A stretch of DNA of 64,000 nt from an uncultured virus (IMG/VR IMGVR_UViG_3300009431_000005) (Duplodnaviria > Heunggongvirae > Uroviricota > Caudoviricetes): the IMG/VR virus record IMGVR_UViG_3300009431_000005. One strand, given 5' to 3'. Within the stretch, counting starts at the first letter, position 1. Every line of letters starts with the position of its first letter. Position numbers and translations under genes: made by a program. The notes beneath the pieces are model-generated. The model saw nothing but the letters and a program-made list of their open reading frames with translations. It had not been told where the DNA came from and did not search any database. This document shows positions 45,092 through 54,891 of this stretch, in pieces.

Positions 45092-46110
45092 AGCTTCGCT
45101 TGCTCCAGTAGCTCCAGGCCGAGATCCACAAGGCTCGCGGCGACCAGCTCATCCTTCTCCGTGATCCCTTGGTACTCGACGTATGCCGCCAGCGCCTCCT
45201 CGTGCGAGTCGCTGCTGTGAACATCGAGGCGCGGGTCGTCGTCGTCGAACTCGACGACGGTGGACTCGACCTTCTGCGTCTGCGCCACAGCCTCCTCGAA
45301 CTTGGCGCTCGCGTCCGCCGGGTCTTCGAGTTGCACGCGCACGAAGTCACACTCGCGCACGCCGGACAGATCGGCATCCGCATCGTTGACGATGATGAAG
45401 CGCGGGGACTCCGTGTTCTCGACCAGCGTCACGGGCGGAGAGTCCGCAGCGTCATAGATCAGGAAGCCCCGCAGCCCCCCCGCGTCGCCGTAGTGCCACT
45501 GCATCGGCGCACCGCAGTACCGGATCTTGCCGTCCAGGAGCGAGATCGGTTCGTGAACGTCGCCGAGGATGATCCGGTGCCAGTGGTCCGGCATCAGGTC
45601 TGCGATCGCGCGGCCCTTGCCGGTCGGCACCGCGCCCTCCACGAGACAGTGAGAGAGCAGTACCTGCGCACCGCCGTGCTGCACGAGCTTCTTCACGCCC
45701 GCGCGGAACGCAGCGTCGTCCTCGACCCACGGCATGAACGCGAAGCCCTCCGAGACGGCGGGCTCGTCGTACACGTCGGCCATCCCGCCGAACACCTGCA
45801 GGCTCGTGTACTGAGGCGTGCGCAGGTAGCTGTCGTGGTTCCCGGCGAGGATCTTGACCGGCATCTCAGCCGCCGCAGCCGCCACGGTGCGACAGACCTG
45901 ATCGAGCACCGACACGTCGATCTCCGTGCGCGAGTCGAACACGTCGCCGAGGATGATGAGTCCGTCACACCCCTCCTCCTGCGCCTTCTCGACGACCCAC
46001 TCGAAGCAACGCACCGCGTCGACGAGGCGCGTCGAGAGCCCCGTCGAGTTGATGGTGGCGTAGCGGAGCTGCTGGTCGAACTGCGTGTCACCCGTGATCG
46101 CCCAACGCAT
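45088..46110 (-). CDS. sbcD: SbcD/Mre11/gp47-like metallophosphoesterase nuclease
   Basis: TGDTQF, LGDVFD, AGNHD, LLSH, LGDVHEP, YCGAPMQWHYGD. Confidence 0.9.
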   Translation of the reverse strand: MRWAITGDTQFDQQLRYATINSTGLSTRLVDAVRCFEWVVEKAQEEGCDGLIILGDVFDSRTEIDVSVLDQVCRTVAAAAAEMPVKILAGNHDSYLRTPQYTSLQVFGGMADVYDEPAVSEGFAFMPWVEDDAAFRAGVKKLVQHGGAQVLLSHCLVEGAVPTGKGRAIADLMPDHWHRIILGDVHEPISLLDGKIRYCGAPMQWHYGDAGGLRGFLIYDAADSPPVTLVENTESPRFIIVNDADADLSGVRECDFVRVQLEDPADASAKFEEAVAQTQKVESTVVEFDDDDPRLDVHSSDSHEEALAAYVEYQGITEKDELVAASLVDLGLELLEQAKL

Positions 46111-46502
46111 CAGCCCTCCCCCACGTTCCGCGCCGCCATGTCACGCGCCCAGGACATGAGGTGATCGGCCTCGGACTCGCTGGGGTCGCCACCCTTGAGA
46201 CGCCGGAAGACGATCGGCCTCTGCGACTCCCGCGCGTGCTGGATGTCCTCGCACACTCCCTGCGAAAGCCCGTTGTCGACGTACACCGCGACCAAGTCGC
46301 TCCGGTCGATCCACGCCCACCCGGCCTCCATACCCCACCGCCGCTGCGTCTCGATGCTGTCGTCGAGAACCTGGGGGTACAGGAGATGCGACGCGAAGGG
46401 AGCCTCCCCTCGGAACAAACAGTCGCGGAGCGCAGCCCGCGCGTAGTCGAGGTTCGCCTCCACGTCCCCGGAGAACGGCGACAAGACTGCGACGTGCCTC
46501 AT
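46110..46502 (-). CDS. DUF4406/nucleoside deoxyribosyltransferase-fold-like phage protein
   Basis: SPFSGDVEANLDYAR...GEAPFASHLLYPQVLDD...GLSQG..EDI. Confidence 0.6.
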   Translation of the reverse strand: MRHVAVLSPFSGDVEANLDYARAALRDCLFRGEAPFASHLLYPQVLDDSIETQRRWGMEAGWAWIDRSDLVAVYVDNGLSQGVCEDIQHARESQRPIVFRRLKGGDPSESEADHLMSWARDMAARNVGEG

Positions 46503-46705
46503 GCCTTCGCCTCCGCTGCGCGAGCCGCGTCGACCTCGGACTCGTCCACATAGAAGCGGTCGGTGTCCATCTTGCGGAGCAGGCCAGAGATCACCTTCTC
46601 CGTTCGACGTTCCCCGAGGGAGGTCAGCGCGATCCGCCGGACCTCCTCGTCCGTCTCAATCTCCCGCACGATCAGGTGCGCCTTCGCCTTTTGCTTCTTC
46701 GCCAT
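46499..46705 (-). CDS. hypothetical protein
   Basis: GGAAGG SD; coupled ORF. Confidence 0.55.
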   Translation of the reverse strand: MAKKQKAKAHLIVREIETDEEVRRIALTSLGERRTEKVISGLLRKMDTDRFYVDESEVDAARAAEAKA

Positions 46706-46916
46706 CGCCTTCCTCTTCAGGGTCGTGCCCGGGGAGCCACTCGACGCGAGTGCGATCCTCGTACACGTCGATGAATCCGATCTGAGTACCGCCCCGCAGA
46801 ATGGGGAGGTTGCCCGTGTTCGCCTTGGTCCTCGTTCCGATCACGTCGTCCGGCTGCAAGCCCATCAGGACTCGCTGCAGGTGCGCGACGGTCACGAATG
46901 GATGCGTAGTGCTCAC
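46656..46916 (-). CDS. hypothetical protein
   Basis: GGAGGAG SD. Confidence 0.5.
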   Translation of the reverse strand: MSTTHPFVTVAHLQRVLMGLQPDDVIGTRTKANTGNLPILRGGTQIGFIDVYEDRTRVEWLPGHDPEEEGDGEEAKGEGAPDRAGD

Positions 46917-47104
46917 TCAGGCTCCTCCCGCGTCAGGCGACGAGGACCCGCCGTGCGTGCGCGCTGGTTGGTCTCGTGCATCACCGCAACGCAGACGACC
47001 AGCATCGGGAAGATCGCCCACCACACGCGCAGGCCCGGAGCCCAGCACACGATGGCGGCGAAAGAGAGGAGGCCGCTCGTGGCGGCGAGAGCGTTCGTCA
47101 GCAT
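46913..47104 (-). CDS. small membrane protein
   Basis: Two hydrophobic segments; GGAGGA SD. Confidence 0.5.
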   Translation of the reverse strand: MLTNALAATSGLLSFAAIVCWAPGLRVWWAIFPMLVVCVAVMHETNQRARTAGPRRLTREEPE

Positions 47105-47322
47105 TTCCGTTCCTCCTTGAAGACGGGGGTTCCCTCACGAATCAGACTGCCACAGCGTCGGACGTTCAACGCGCGCTGTCGACCTCGACCGAGGGAAAGC
47201 AGCGAGTGCCCACACACCGGGCACTGCGCAAGCCGCAGAGGTCCACGACCCGGGCCGCGAACCCAACGGTACCAGTCCATGCAACGCGGGCAGTAGGCGT
47301 CGACGGTTTTGTTCGTCGGCAC
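47098..47322 (-). CDS. zinc-ribbon hypothetical protein
   Basis: CPRC...CPVC. Confidence 0.45.
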   Translation of the reverse strand: MPTNKTVDAYCPRCMDWYRWVRGPGRGPLRLAQCPVCGHSLLSLGRGRQRALNVRRCGSLIREGTPVFKEERKC

Positions 47323-47325
47323 GCC

Positions 47326-47688
47326 TCACTCCGATCGGGCCTCACGCTTCTGCCGCGCCCTCTCCTCCTTCGACATCAGGAGGTACACATCGGGGTCCTT
47401 GCCGTACACCGCACGCAGCGCCGGGTCTTCCACGCCGCTGCTCAGGTCGATCACGAACTGCTCGCCGCGCCTCTCCGCCGCGAGGATCGCGTCGCGCGGA
47501 GGCATCCTCCACGCGATCCCCTCGGGAGGGATGACATCCGGGGTGATGATATGCACGTCGGCTTCGGCGTCCTCGGAGACGAGAGGACGGGGCTGCGTCA
47601 GGGAAAGACGAGTCCCCACGACGCAAGCAAGCCACACGAGAACGAGAACGCCGCAGATGGCGGCGAAGAGAGTGATGTAGGGATTCAT
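47326..47688 (-). CDS. membrane-anchored hypothetical protein
   Basis: N-terminal TM; ATGA coupling. Confidence 0.5.
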   Translation of the reverse strand: MNPYITLFAAICGVLVLVWLACVVGTRLSLTQPRPLVSEDAEADVHIITPDVIPPEGIAWRMPPRDAILAAERRGEQFVIDLSSGVEDPALRAVYGKDPDVYLLMSKEERARQKREARSE

Positions 47689-48608
47689 AGGTCGAGACGG
47701 ACTTTGTAGTGATGCTTGCCCAGTTGAGCCTCGGAGGGTCCGACCCACTTCGCGGGGATGCGGATGATCTTCCCGGCCGCCTTGGGCCATCGTTCATGGT
47801 CTTCAGGGTACCTGCGGTAGTGAGCCCGGCGGTGGTGCGCCGTCGGGCTCTTTCGTTGGCGACCCGGAGCCTCTTCGACAGGCTCGGGCAGAGGGAGCAT
47901 CGTGCGGATCTCCGTCACGGTGCGAAGGTGGAAGCGCGGACGTGCGTCCGAGCGAGCGATGCGCCCCTTCCGCTTCTCGGTTCGCGGTGGTATCTGCTCG
48001 ACCACGAAGCGGTGAGGGGTATTGAAGTACATGATCTCCTCGATCGCCGCCCGCGCATTCCGTACGCCGCTGCGAGTGACCATCTCAGCGTCGTGCTTCG
48101 CCACGGCAGGCGGGACGATCATCGCATTCTTCGTAGCGGTGAAGTTGAGGTCGACCCAGCCCCGGAACTGCGCGCCGAGCTTGGACGCGCGCCCCGGCGT
48201 GAGTTCCTCTCCTTCGATCCAACCCATCGACACCATGATCGCACCCTTCGGGATGCTGCTGGGGTCCCTGGGTGGGCCGTACTGCTGAACCAGCTTCTCC
48301 CAGTCCTCGAAGGCTTCGTTCCGTCCGGGCAGCGGCATCCCCTCGATGAAGTACCGACGAGCGGCGCAGCCTTGCTGGTCGCGCTCCGCATCCCACAGCA
48401 CGATGCACGAGCCTGGGTCCTCGATCGCAACGTAGGGGAAGGGAAGGAAGAACGAGTCCCACACGAACTGCACGTCGTCCTCGTCAAACTCCTTCGGCAG
48501 CACCTCGTGCGCGACGCCGGGGAACTCAAACAGCTTCGCCTGACGCATGACGGGCCTCGCCTGCGGAAGCCACTTCTCGATCACGCCTGCGAGCTTGTCG
48601 AAGATCAC
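47685..48608 (-). CDS. hypothetical protein
   Basis: 307 aa; C-terminal SPTAHHRRAHYRR...WVGP motif. Confidence 0.7.
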   Translation of the reverse strand: MIFDKLAGVIEKWLPQARPVMRQAKLFEFPGVAHEVLPKEFDEDDVQFVWDSFFLPFPYVAIEDPGSCIVLWDAERDQQGCAARRYFIEGMPLPGRNEAFEDWEKLVQQYGPPRDPSSIPKGAIMVSMGWIEGEELTPGRASKLGAQFRGWVDLNFTATKNAMIVPPAVAKHDAEMVTRSGVRNARAAIEEIMYFNTPHRFVVEQIPPRTEKRKGRIARSDARPRFHLRTVTEIRTMLPLPEPVEEAPGRQRKSPTAHHRRAHYRRYPEDHERWPKAAGKIIRIPAKWVGPSEAQLGKHHYKVRLDL

Positions 48609-48841
48609 GCGACGACCTCTCCTAGAAACCGGAGGACCTGCTGCGCGCAGCGGTGGCGAACCTTCAGCGCCACCTGCTCCAGCGCCAGCGGCGCGTTGAT
48701 GTGTACGTCGGCGGGCTTGTAGTGGAAGCGCGGGTCCGCCTCCACCTCAGTGATCTCGACACGCGCCCACCCGCGCACAGAGCGCACGCGCTCCGCGTCG
48801 GTCTCGAAGACGAAGGTGGGCTGTTCTCCCTGTCCGGTCAT
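48605..48841 (-). CDS. hypothetical protein
   Basis: GAGGTAGGA SD; coupled ORF. Confidence 0.55.
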   Translation of the reverse strand: MTGQGEQPTFVFETDAERVRSVRGWARVEITEVEADPRFHYKPADVHINAPLALEQVALKVRHRCAQQVLRFLGEVVA

Positions 48842-48859
48842 TGGTCCTACCTCACTCGG

Positions 48860-49222
48860 TCAGATGCTGATCTCCCGCCAGTCCGGCTCGATGCGGTCGA
48901 GCCACGCAAGGTGCTCCTCGAAGTCGCCCTCGGCACTCGGACGCATGAGTCCGGCCTTCACGAGCCCGAGCGGCGCACCCGGGAGTCGCATCTGCTCCTG
49001 GCGGCAGTTGCCGGTGGCGATTCGAGCGGCGGCGAAGCCCAGCTTCCCGTCCATCAAACCCTCGGCAGCCGCGCAGTCGTCGCAGCACTTCCCCGAGCCG
49101 TCCCGCGCGAGCGGGGCACCCGCCCCCTTCGGTAGCGGCATCACAGTCTCGAACCGGATCTCCCCTGCCCGCGCGAGCGCGAGACAGCGGGGACACGGAT
49201 CTTCGGTCATCGGCTTAGTCAT
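48860..49222 (-). CDS. Cys-containing hypothetical protein
   Basis: CPRC...CCDDC. Confidence 0.5.
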   Translation of the reverse strand: MTKPMTEDPCPRCLALARAGEIRFETVMPLPKGAGAPLARDGSGKCCDDCAAAEGLMDGKLGFAAARIATGNCRQEQMRLPGAPLGLVKAGLMRPSAEGDFEEHLAWLDRIEPDWREISI

Positions 49223-49274
49223 GCCAGGAAAGTACCTGCCTAAGAGGAGAATCTCCCGACCCGACCGGAGATTT

Positions 49275-50255
49275 TCAGACGGTCGCCTCGGAAACGCGCC
49301 TCTCGGCCTCACGGAAGGGGGTTAGATACCGCTCCGGGTCCCCGAGGATCGAGCCCATCTCCAGGGCAGCACAGGCGCGGAGGAAGTCCTTGGGCCGCAG
49401 CGCAGGCGCGTCCTCCAGGGCCGCTGAGAGGCCCTGTGTGGGGCCGAAGGAAGCCCGGAGGTCGATGCCCGGGATCACCCGACGCAGCCGCAGGTGCGCA
49501 GCGAGGAGCGCCTCCTCGTACTTCCTGCAAGCCCCACGGGTCCGGATGTAGCCGCAGAGCATGTCGAGCTGCTGCGTGGGCTCGCGGAGGCCCATCACGC
49601 CGGGGTACTCGTCCTCCAGCTCGTTGATGAGTCCGAGCGCGCGTTTCTCCCCGCAGCCCGGCACGCCCTCGACCGAGTCCGACTTATCGCCGACCAGGGT
49701 GCGGTACAGGATGTAGTGCTTGGGATGGACGCCGGTCACATCGACGAAGCCGTCGGCGGTGACCCAGCACTTCGCGCCGAGGTCCCAGACCTCCGCTCCG
49801 AAGAGAACGGTCTGGTACAGGTCGCGGTCGCTCGTGATGACGGCCGGTGCTTCGTCGCCCCACAGCCGCGCGGTCGCAGCCACGCCGTCGTCGGCCTCGC
49901 GGTCCTTGTACGCTAGACAGGTCACACCGAGCAGAGGGAACAGCTCCCAGCATCGGTCGATCTGAGCAAACGCCTTCTCCTTCTCCTCCTCGGGGAGCAG
50001 CTCGCGTCGTTCCTTGCGCTCGCCCTTGTAGCCGGGGAGCAGGCGCAGCCGTCGCGCCGGAACACCGCAGTCGAAGAAAGCGACGATGCGCCCCGCGTCC
50101 ATCTCCGGCATGAGCAGGAGGGAGCGGAGCATGTTGAGCGAGCCGTAGATCCCGCCGGTGTACGTCCCGTCGGCTTTCAGGTCGCTCAAGGCGGACGCCA
50201 TCACGTTCCTGATGATCAGGCTGTTGGCGTCGATGATGACAGGTCGTGCGCGCAT
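49275..50255 (-). CDS. 5'-3' exonuclease/flap endonuclease (PolI N-terminal / T4 RNase H family)
   Basis: IIDANSL, FFD, YKGER, EADD, TSDRDLYQ, LVGDKSDSVEGVPGCGEKRA. Confidence 0.92.
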   Translation of the reverse strand: MRARPVIIDANSLIIRNVMASALSDLKADGTYTGGIYGSLNMLRSLLLMPEMDAGRIVAFFDCGVPARRLRLLPGYKGERKERRELLPEEEKEKAFAQIDRCWELFPLLGVTCLAYKDREADDGVAATARLWGDEAPAVITSDRDLYQTVLFGAEVWDLGAKCWVTADGFVDVTGVHPKHYILYRTLVGDKSDSVEGVPGCGEKRALGLINELEDEYPGVMGLREPTQQLDMLCGYIRTRGACRKYEEALLAAHLRLRRVIPGIDLRASFGPTQGLSAALEDAPALRPKDFLRACAALEMGSILGDPERYLTPFREAERRVSEATV

Positions 50256-50334
50256 ATCAGTCCCCGTCGAAAGTGAGAGGGGGTGCAGGTTGCCCCACAC
50301 CCCCTCAGCTCGACACAGGTGGGATGAGGGGAAC

Positions 50335-51570
50335 CTAGTCGAGATCCGCGTCGGGCGTGTGCTTGGCGGCTTCCGCCTTGACCACGGCCATGAACGCAGC
50401 CAGCTCCTTCTGCAGCTTCGCGTACGACGGGTCGCCCTTGTCCGGAGTCAGCTCCGGAGCCACCGGGTCGTCCAGGTCGCCGCGATCCCACAGCGAGTAG
50501 GCGATCGCCCCGAGCAGCTCGTGGTACTCGGTCGAGCCCACGTCGCTCGCGTCGGTGTGCCCCAGCTCGTAGCACATGCGCTGGAGCATCGTCTGCTTCT
50601 CGGTCGAGGAGCGCCACGCGGTGAGGGACCGCTTCGGGTCCTTGCCCTTGGCCGTCTTCTGCGGCTCACCCTTCGCGGCGGCCTTCGCCTTCGTCTCCGT
50701 CTCGGCCGCCTTGCGCAGCTTGCGGATCTCGGGCGCGGTCGTGCTCGCGCTGATCTCACCCGCGAGCTTCTTCCGCATGGCCGGAGTGAGCTTGGCGACC
50801 TCCAGCCCGGCGTCGACGGACATCGTGCCCTTCGAGATGCGCTCCCGCACGTCGGTAGGCGTCTCCATCAGCTTGAGCGCACGGCGGACGCGGGCGATGT
50901 TGAGGCCGGTCTCCCGAGCGATGTGCGCAGGGAGCCACTCCTTCTTCGTGAGCTTCGCCACGACCCCGCCGATCTCCAGCATCGTGAGATTCGTGCGGCC
51001 GTCCTCGGAGTTCTCCGCAACGGCCACGGCGAGGGAACGCTCGTTGTCGCCCACGAGGTCGGTGCGCACCGTGCAGAGCACCGGGTCCTTGTAGCCGAGC
51101 TTCTTCAGCGCGAGATACCGACGCTCACCCGCGACGATCTCGTACTTCCCGGCGGCCTTCGCCGGTCGCACCACGAGCGAGGAGAGCAGACCCTCAGCCT
51201 TGATCGAGGCCATCAGGTCGTCGATGTCCCCCGGCGTCCCGCGCGGGTTGAACCCGGGGATGACAGCGAGCTGCTTCAGGTCGAGCGCAGCGGCGGTGCC
51301 TCGCTTCTTCGACGCGCCCAGGCGCAGCTCGGGATCGCCGGGCTTGCCCTTCGGCATCGAAGGCGGAGCGGCGGCAGTCCGCGCGGCGGCACCGGCCTTC
51401 TTCGTGACCTTCTTCTTGGTGCTCGCCTTCTTGCGCGTCGCGCCGGTCTTCTTCGTGACCTTCTTCTTGCGCGTCGTAGTCCCCCCGGTCTTCCGGGAGG
51501 TGGTCTTCTTCTTGCCGACCTTCTTCTTGGTCGTCCGCTTTTTGCGGTTGGCGGTTGCGGTTGCAGACAC
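50335..51570 (-). CDS. parB: ParB/Spo0J/KorB-family protein with long basic N-terminal tail
   Basis: FNPR, SIKAEGLLSSLVVR, YEIVAGERRYLA, AENS..RTNL, HTH AHIARETGLNIARVRRAL; AGGAGG SD. Confidence 0.88.
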   Translation of the reverse strand: MSATATANRKKRTTKKKVGKKKTTSRKTGGTTTRKKKVTKKTGATRKKASTKKKVTKKAGAAARTAAAPPSMPKGKPGDPELRLGASKKRGTAAALDLKQLAVIPGFNPRGTPGDIDDLMASIKAEGLLSSLVVRPAKAAGKYEIVAGERRYLALKKLGYKDPVLCTVRTDLVGDNERSLAVAVAENSEDGRTNLTMLEIGGVVAKLTKKEWLPAHIARETGLNIARVRRALKLMETPTDVRERISKGTMSVDAGLEVAKLTPAMRKKLAGEISASTTAPEIRKLRKAAETETKAKAAAKGEPQKTAKGKDPKRSLTAWRSSTEKQTMLQRMCYELGHTDASDVGSTEYHELLGAIAYSLWDRGDLDDPVAPELTPDKGDPSYAKLQKELAAFMAVVKAEAAKHTPDADLD

Positions 51571-51634
51571 GGGGGCCTCCTGGGGCTATCGGTTCCTAGT
51601 CGTAGCGAGGGCCGGGCGGCCCCCGGTGCCGCTG

Positions 51635-51663
51635 AAGTTACCTCCAGCGGCGAGAGCGGTCAA
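51635..51663 (-). promoter_or_regulatory. putative sigma70-type promoter for parB
   Basis: TTGACC-17 bp-TAACTT in the recA-parB gap. Confidence 0.55.
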
Positions 51664-51669
51664 CGCGGG

Positions 51670-52863
51670 TCAGGGCTCTTCGTCGTCCCCTTCCTCCATC
51701 TCCAGGAGCGCCCTCGCGCCCCCGGCCTTGACGACCTCCAAATACGCGCCCTGGGCGGCCTCCCGGAACTCCGGGTCCTCCTCCCACAGCGCGATCCAGG
51801 CGTCGCCCTTCTCGAACTTCCGGCCCCCGGCCCAGGATCCGGTGTACTTCCCCCCGCCCGTCGATCGGATCCGGTTCGCGTCCTTGAGGACGTGCCAGAC
51901 CGTCAGGATCGGCGAGGGGCCGTGCTTGAAGTCCAAGTACCACGTCGCCTTCTGATGCGGCGGCGCGCACTTGTTCTTCTTCGTCGTCGTCAGGATCAGG
52001 TAGCCGCACGCCGGGCCGGACGTGCCGCCCTTCTTGACGGTCGAGACGCGGACGCAACGGACGCGCAGGGAGAAGGCGTACTTCGCCGCCTTGCCTCCGG
52101 TCGTCTGCAGCTCGGGTCCTCCGAAGCCGCCGAAGCCCCCGAGCTTCATCCTCTCCTGATTCACGAGGATGACGTGCGCGCGGGCGCGAGCGATCTTCTT
52201 GAACAGCTTACCGCACTGAGAGGACAGCACGCGGGCCTTCGCCGCGACGTGCGAGTCCTCCGAGGACTTCTCATCGACCTCCACCTTCGCGGGGGACGCT
52301 CCAACGGAGTCCCACACGATCAGCGTCGGGTGCTCGGGCGGCTTCTCGATCAGCCGGTCGAGCATCTTGAAGACGACGTCGAACCCTTGCTCCATGTGGT
52401 CCGGACAGACGTACACGAGCTTCTCAGGGTCGATGCCAAGCTGCAGTAGCGTCTTCTTCTCCAGCGCGTGCTCATAGTCGAGGTACACCGCTGTCCCACC
52501 CATCCGCTGACACTCGCGGATCGCAACGTGAGTCAGGGCGGACTTCCCCGAGCCCTCTGCGCCGAAGACCTCGCTGACCCGTCCGACAGGCCAGCCGTTG
52601 CCGAAGACCTCGTCGATGCCAGCGAAGCCCGTCGGGATCCACTCCACGACATCCGCCAGCGTCTCCGCGTCCTCGGCTCGAAAGACCTCCGCGCCCTTCA
52701 CGGACCCGGCGGCCTCGATCAACTCCATCGTGAAGTCGGGGCTGCCCCCCGCCTTCTTCCGGCGGGAGGCACCCTTCTTCCTGGTGACCTTCTTCTTGGT
52801 CTTACGCTTTGCCCTTTTTGCGGCGGACTTTTTTCTTCCGCGCAGGCTGTCCTTGAGACCCAC
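51670..52863 (-). CDS. recA: RecA/UvsX recombinase
   Basis: IPTGFAGID, GRVSEVFGAEGSGKS, DYEHAL, IVWDSV, NQER, TTGGKAAKYAFSLRV; GTG at 52863 with GGAGG SD. Confidence 0.93.
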   Translation of the reverse strand: MGLKDSLRGRKKSAAKRAKRKTKKKVTRKKGASRRKKAGGSPDFTMELIEAAGSVKGAEVFRAEDAETLADVVEWIPTGFAGIDEVFGNGWPVGRVSEVFGAEGSGKSALTHVAIRECQRMGGTAVYLDYEHALEKKTLLQLGIDPEKLVYVCPDHMEQGFDVVFKMLDRLIEKPPEHPTLIVWDSVGASPAKVEVDEKSSEDSHVAAKARVLSSQCGKLFKKIARARAHVILVNQERMKLGGFGGFGGPELQTTGGKAAKYAFSLRVRCVRVSTVKKGGTSGPACGYLILTTTKKNKCAPPHQKATWYLDFKHGPSPILTVWHVLKDANRIRSTGGGKYTGSWAGGRKFEKGDAWIALWEEDPEFREAAQGAYLEVVKAGGARALLEMEEGDDEEP

Positions 52864-53131
52864 TGGAGCCCTCCAGGTACGCAACCAAGGCTTCTACGTC
52901 ACCATCAGACCCGAGTGCGTCGTAGCACTCGTTCGTCGCTTGCAGGTTCCGGAGCATGGACTCGCGGAACATCACGTCGAGGTCGGCCTGCATCTGCTCG
53001 ATGTCCGCCTCGGGGTCGTCGCCGACCACTCGCGTCAGGGACACGAAGCCAGCGACCGAGGAGAACTGCGTCAGAAAGACCTTGCCCTCGCGGGACAGGC
53101 TCACCGAGTCGCCGGGTTTCAGCGTAGGCAT
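52802..53131 (-). CDS. hypothetical protein
   Basis: 109 aa ORF between ssb and recA, basic C-terminus. Confidence 0.65.
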   Translation of the reverse strand: MPTLKPGDSVSLSREGKVFLTQFSSVAGFVSLTRVVGDDPEADIEQMQADLDVMFRESMLRNLQATNECYDALGSDGDVEALVAYLEGSSGSQGQPARKKKVRRKKGKA

Positions 53132-53147
53132 CGCTCACCCCCAGGGG

Positions 53148-54323
53148 TTACTTACCCTTGCCGGAGACCCGACTCTTGATCGAGGCTGCCGCACCCTTCG
53201 GCTTGCGAGGGGTCGTCTTCTTGGCCGTCTTCTTCGCGGTCTTCTTGGCCGTCTTCTTCTTGGAGGTCTTCTTGCGCGCGGGGGCAGGAGCCGGTTCGGG
53301 CTCCTCTTCCTCCTCGTCCTCCTCCTCGACGACCTCACACTCGCTGATCGGGATGCACCACGGCTCGTCCGGGTCCTCACCCTCCTCAACGATCAGGAGG
53401 CACGAGTCGTCTTCGTCGTCGTAGCCAGTGACCTCGCCGACGACCTCGTTCTCATCGTCGTCCTTGAACGTCACGACCTTGCCGACCCACTCGTCCTCCT
53501 CGGCTTCCTCCTCTCCTTCTTCAGCCTCGGCGTCGGGGTCGGGCTCCTCTTCCTCCCCGGTCTCGGCCGCCGGTTCTTCGGCAGCGTCGTCGGACGAGGT
53601 TCCGAGATCGCCAGCCTTCACGGCCTCGACCATCTTCTTGTAGCGCGCGGGGAACTTGGTCTCGCCCGTCAGCCCTTCATAGATGGCGAGCAGAGCCTCC
53701 AGATCCACGGCGAAGAAGTGGTCGCGCACCGAGAAGCGGCCCGCGAGGTCGACCCACGCTTCGGCCAGCTCGTCGTCTTCCGAGATCGGACAGGGGTCGA
53801 GCTTGTGGACGTCCCAAACCGTGTCGAGTTGGGCGCCCGTCTTCTTGACGAGGAGATCCCGACCCTCCAGGGGATCGGTGATGTCCTCGCCCACGTCGTC
53901 GTCGAGCATCATCTTGACGACGGCTTGGTACACGGAGTGCTTGCCCCGCAGGATCCGGACGTTCGGCGTCTCGGCCGTCCCTTCTTCGGCGCGGTCGATC
54001 ACCGGGATCCAGTATTCCACGGAGCGACGGACGAAGGACTTGGCGAAGTCCTTGTCCTCCTTGCTGCCCTCCCGGTACAGGCGATCGAGGTAGTCGAACA
54101 CCGGGCAGGGAAGGCCGAACGCTCGGGGCGAAGTCGTGCCCTTGTTGAGCGGCTTGCTGAACATCGCCGGGTACTCGATCCCCGGCAGCTCGTCCTCGGG
54201 CGGCGGCAGGATGCGAATCTGCATCTTGCTGAAGGTCTTGTTGTTGATCCTCAGCCCGCCACGTTCCATGCGCTTCTGCTGGCCGAGCAGCTTGTCCCGC
54301 ATGGCCTGGGAGATTTTCGGCAT
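53148..54323 (-). CDS. single-stranded DNA-binding protein, gp32-like
   Basis: IRILPP, CPVFDY, YWIPVIDR, DITDPLEGRDLLVKKTG; acidic region then KKTAKK tail; next to recA. Confidence 0.75.
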   Translation of the reverse strand: MPKISQAMRDKLLGQQKRMERGGLRINNKTFSKMQIRILPPPEDELPGIEYPAMFSKPLNKGTTSPRAFGLPCPVFDYLDRLYREGSKEDKDFAKSFVRRSVEYWIPVIDRAEEGTAETPNVRILRGKHSVYQAVVKMMLDDDVGEDITDPLEGRDLLVKKTGAQLDTVWDVHKLDPCPISEDDELAEAWVDLAGRFSVRDHFFAVDLEALLAIYEGLTGETKFPARYKKMVEAVKAGDLGTSSDDAAEEPAAETGEEEEPDPDAEAEEGEEEAEEDEWVGKVVTFKDDDENEVVGEVTGYDDEDDSCLLIVEEGEDPDEPWCIPISECEVVEEEDEEEEEPEPAPAPARKKTSKKKTAKKTAKKTAKKTTPRKPKGAAASIKSRVSGKGK

Positions 54324-54393
54324 GTCAATCAGTCCTCAGCTCGTCTTGGTTTTCAGGTTTCGGATTGCGCCTTCGTCGGGGCGGTGGTGCGGC

Positions 54394-54891
54394 TCAGCCG
54401 CTAGGTGCCCACTGCTTCGGCGCGAGCAGCCGCTGCAGGATGCGTGCCCTGTGGTCCAGGGCATCCCGTAGCGACCGCAGCACAGCATACTGCCTGCGCA
54501 GTCGGTCCAGCCTCTCTTTCTCGGAATTCAGCTCCGGGAGGATGTCCAGCCGCGCCCGGATATTGGCCTCCGTGGGAACGTCGGTGGTGTGCTCGTCGAT
54601 GTAGCGCCTCTGGAGGACGTACGCCTCGCCTTCTTGCGTCGCCACGACCCGCTCTCCGACCCTCAGCGCGTGCAGCGCACGCTCCGTCTGGTACGACCAA
54701 AACGCGAGACGGGCAGGCGCGGTCCGGGCCTGCTTCCGCAGGATGTCCGGGTCATCGCTGATCGCCAGCTCGTCCGCCATTCGCGCCTTGACGGTTCGCC
54801 CGTCCTCCAGCACGACCTTGATCGCCTCGATGCCCGCGAGGTGGTTCTCGCCGTGCTCGATGCGCTTCTTCCGTCTGACCTTCTTCGCCAT
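54394..54891 (-). CDS. UvsY-like recombination mediator (tentative)
   Basis: All-helical ~165 aa; DELAI...PTEANIRARL...ALDHRARILQ; position next to ssb/recA. Confidence 0.5.
   Translation of the reverse strand: MAKKVRRKKRIEHGENHLAGIEAIKVVLEDGRTVKARMADELAISDDPDILRKQARTAPARLAFWSYQTERALHALRVGERVVATQEGEAYVLQRRYIDEHTTDVPTEANIRARLDILPELNSEKERLDRLRRQYAVLRSLRDALDHRARILQRLLAPKQWAPSG

Noticed and set aside
19400..52449. Long plus-strand ORFs in the track (e.g. 19400..21604, 29787..31400, 32845..34722, 50158..52449)
   Set aside because: Antisense shadows of well-supported minus-strand genes in high-GC DNA, with no recognisable motifs
52802..52884. Possible programmed frameshift at A-tracts fusing the 52802..53131 gene to recA
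   Set aside because: recA has its own in-frame GTG at 52863 with a GGAGG SD 6 nt upstream; a simple 62-nt overlap explains the basic N-terminus
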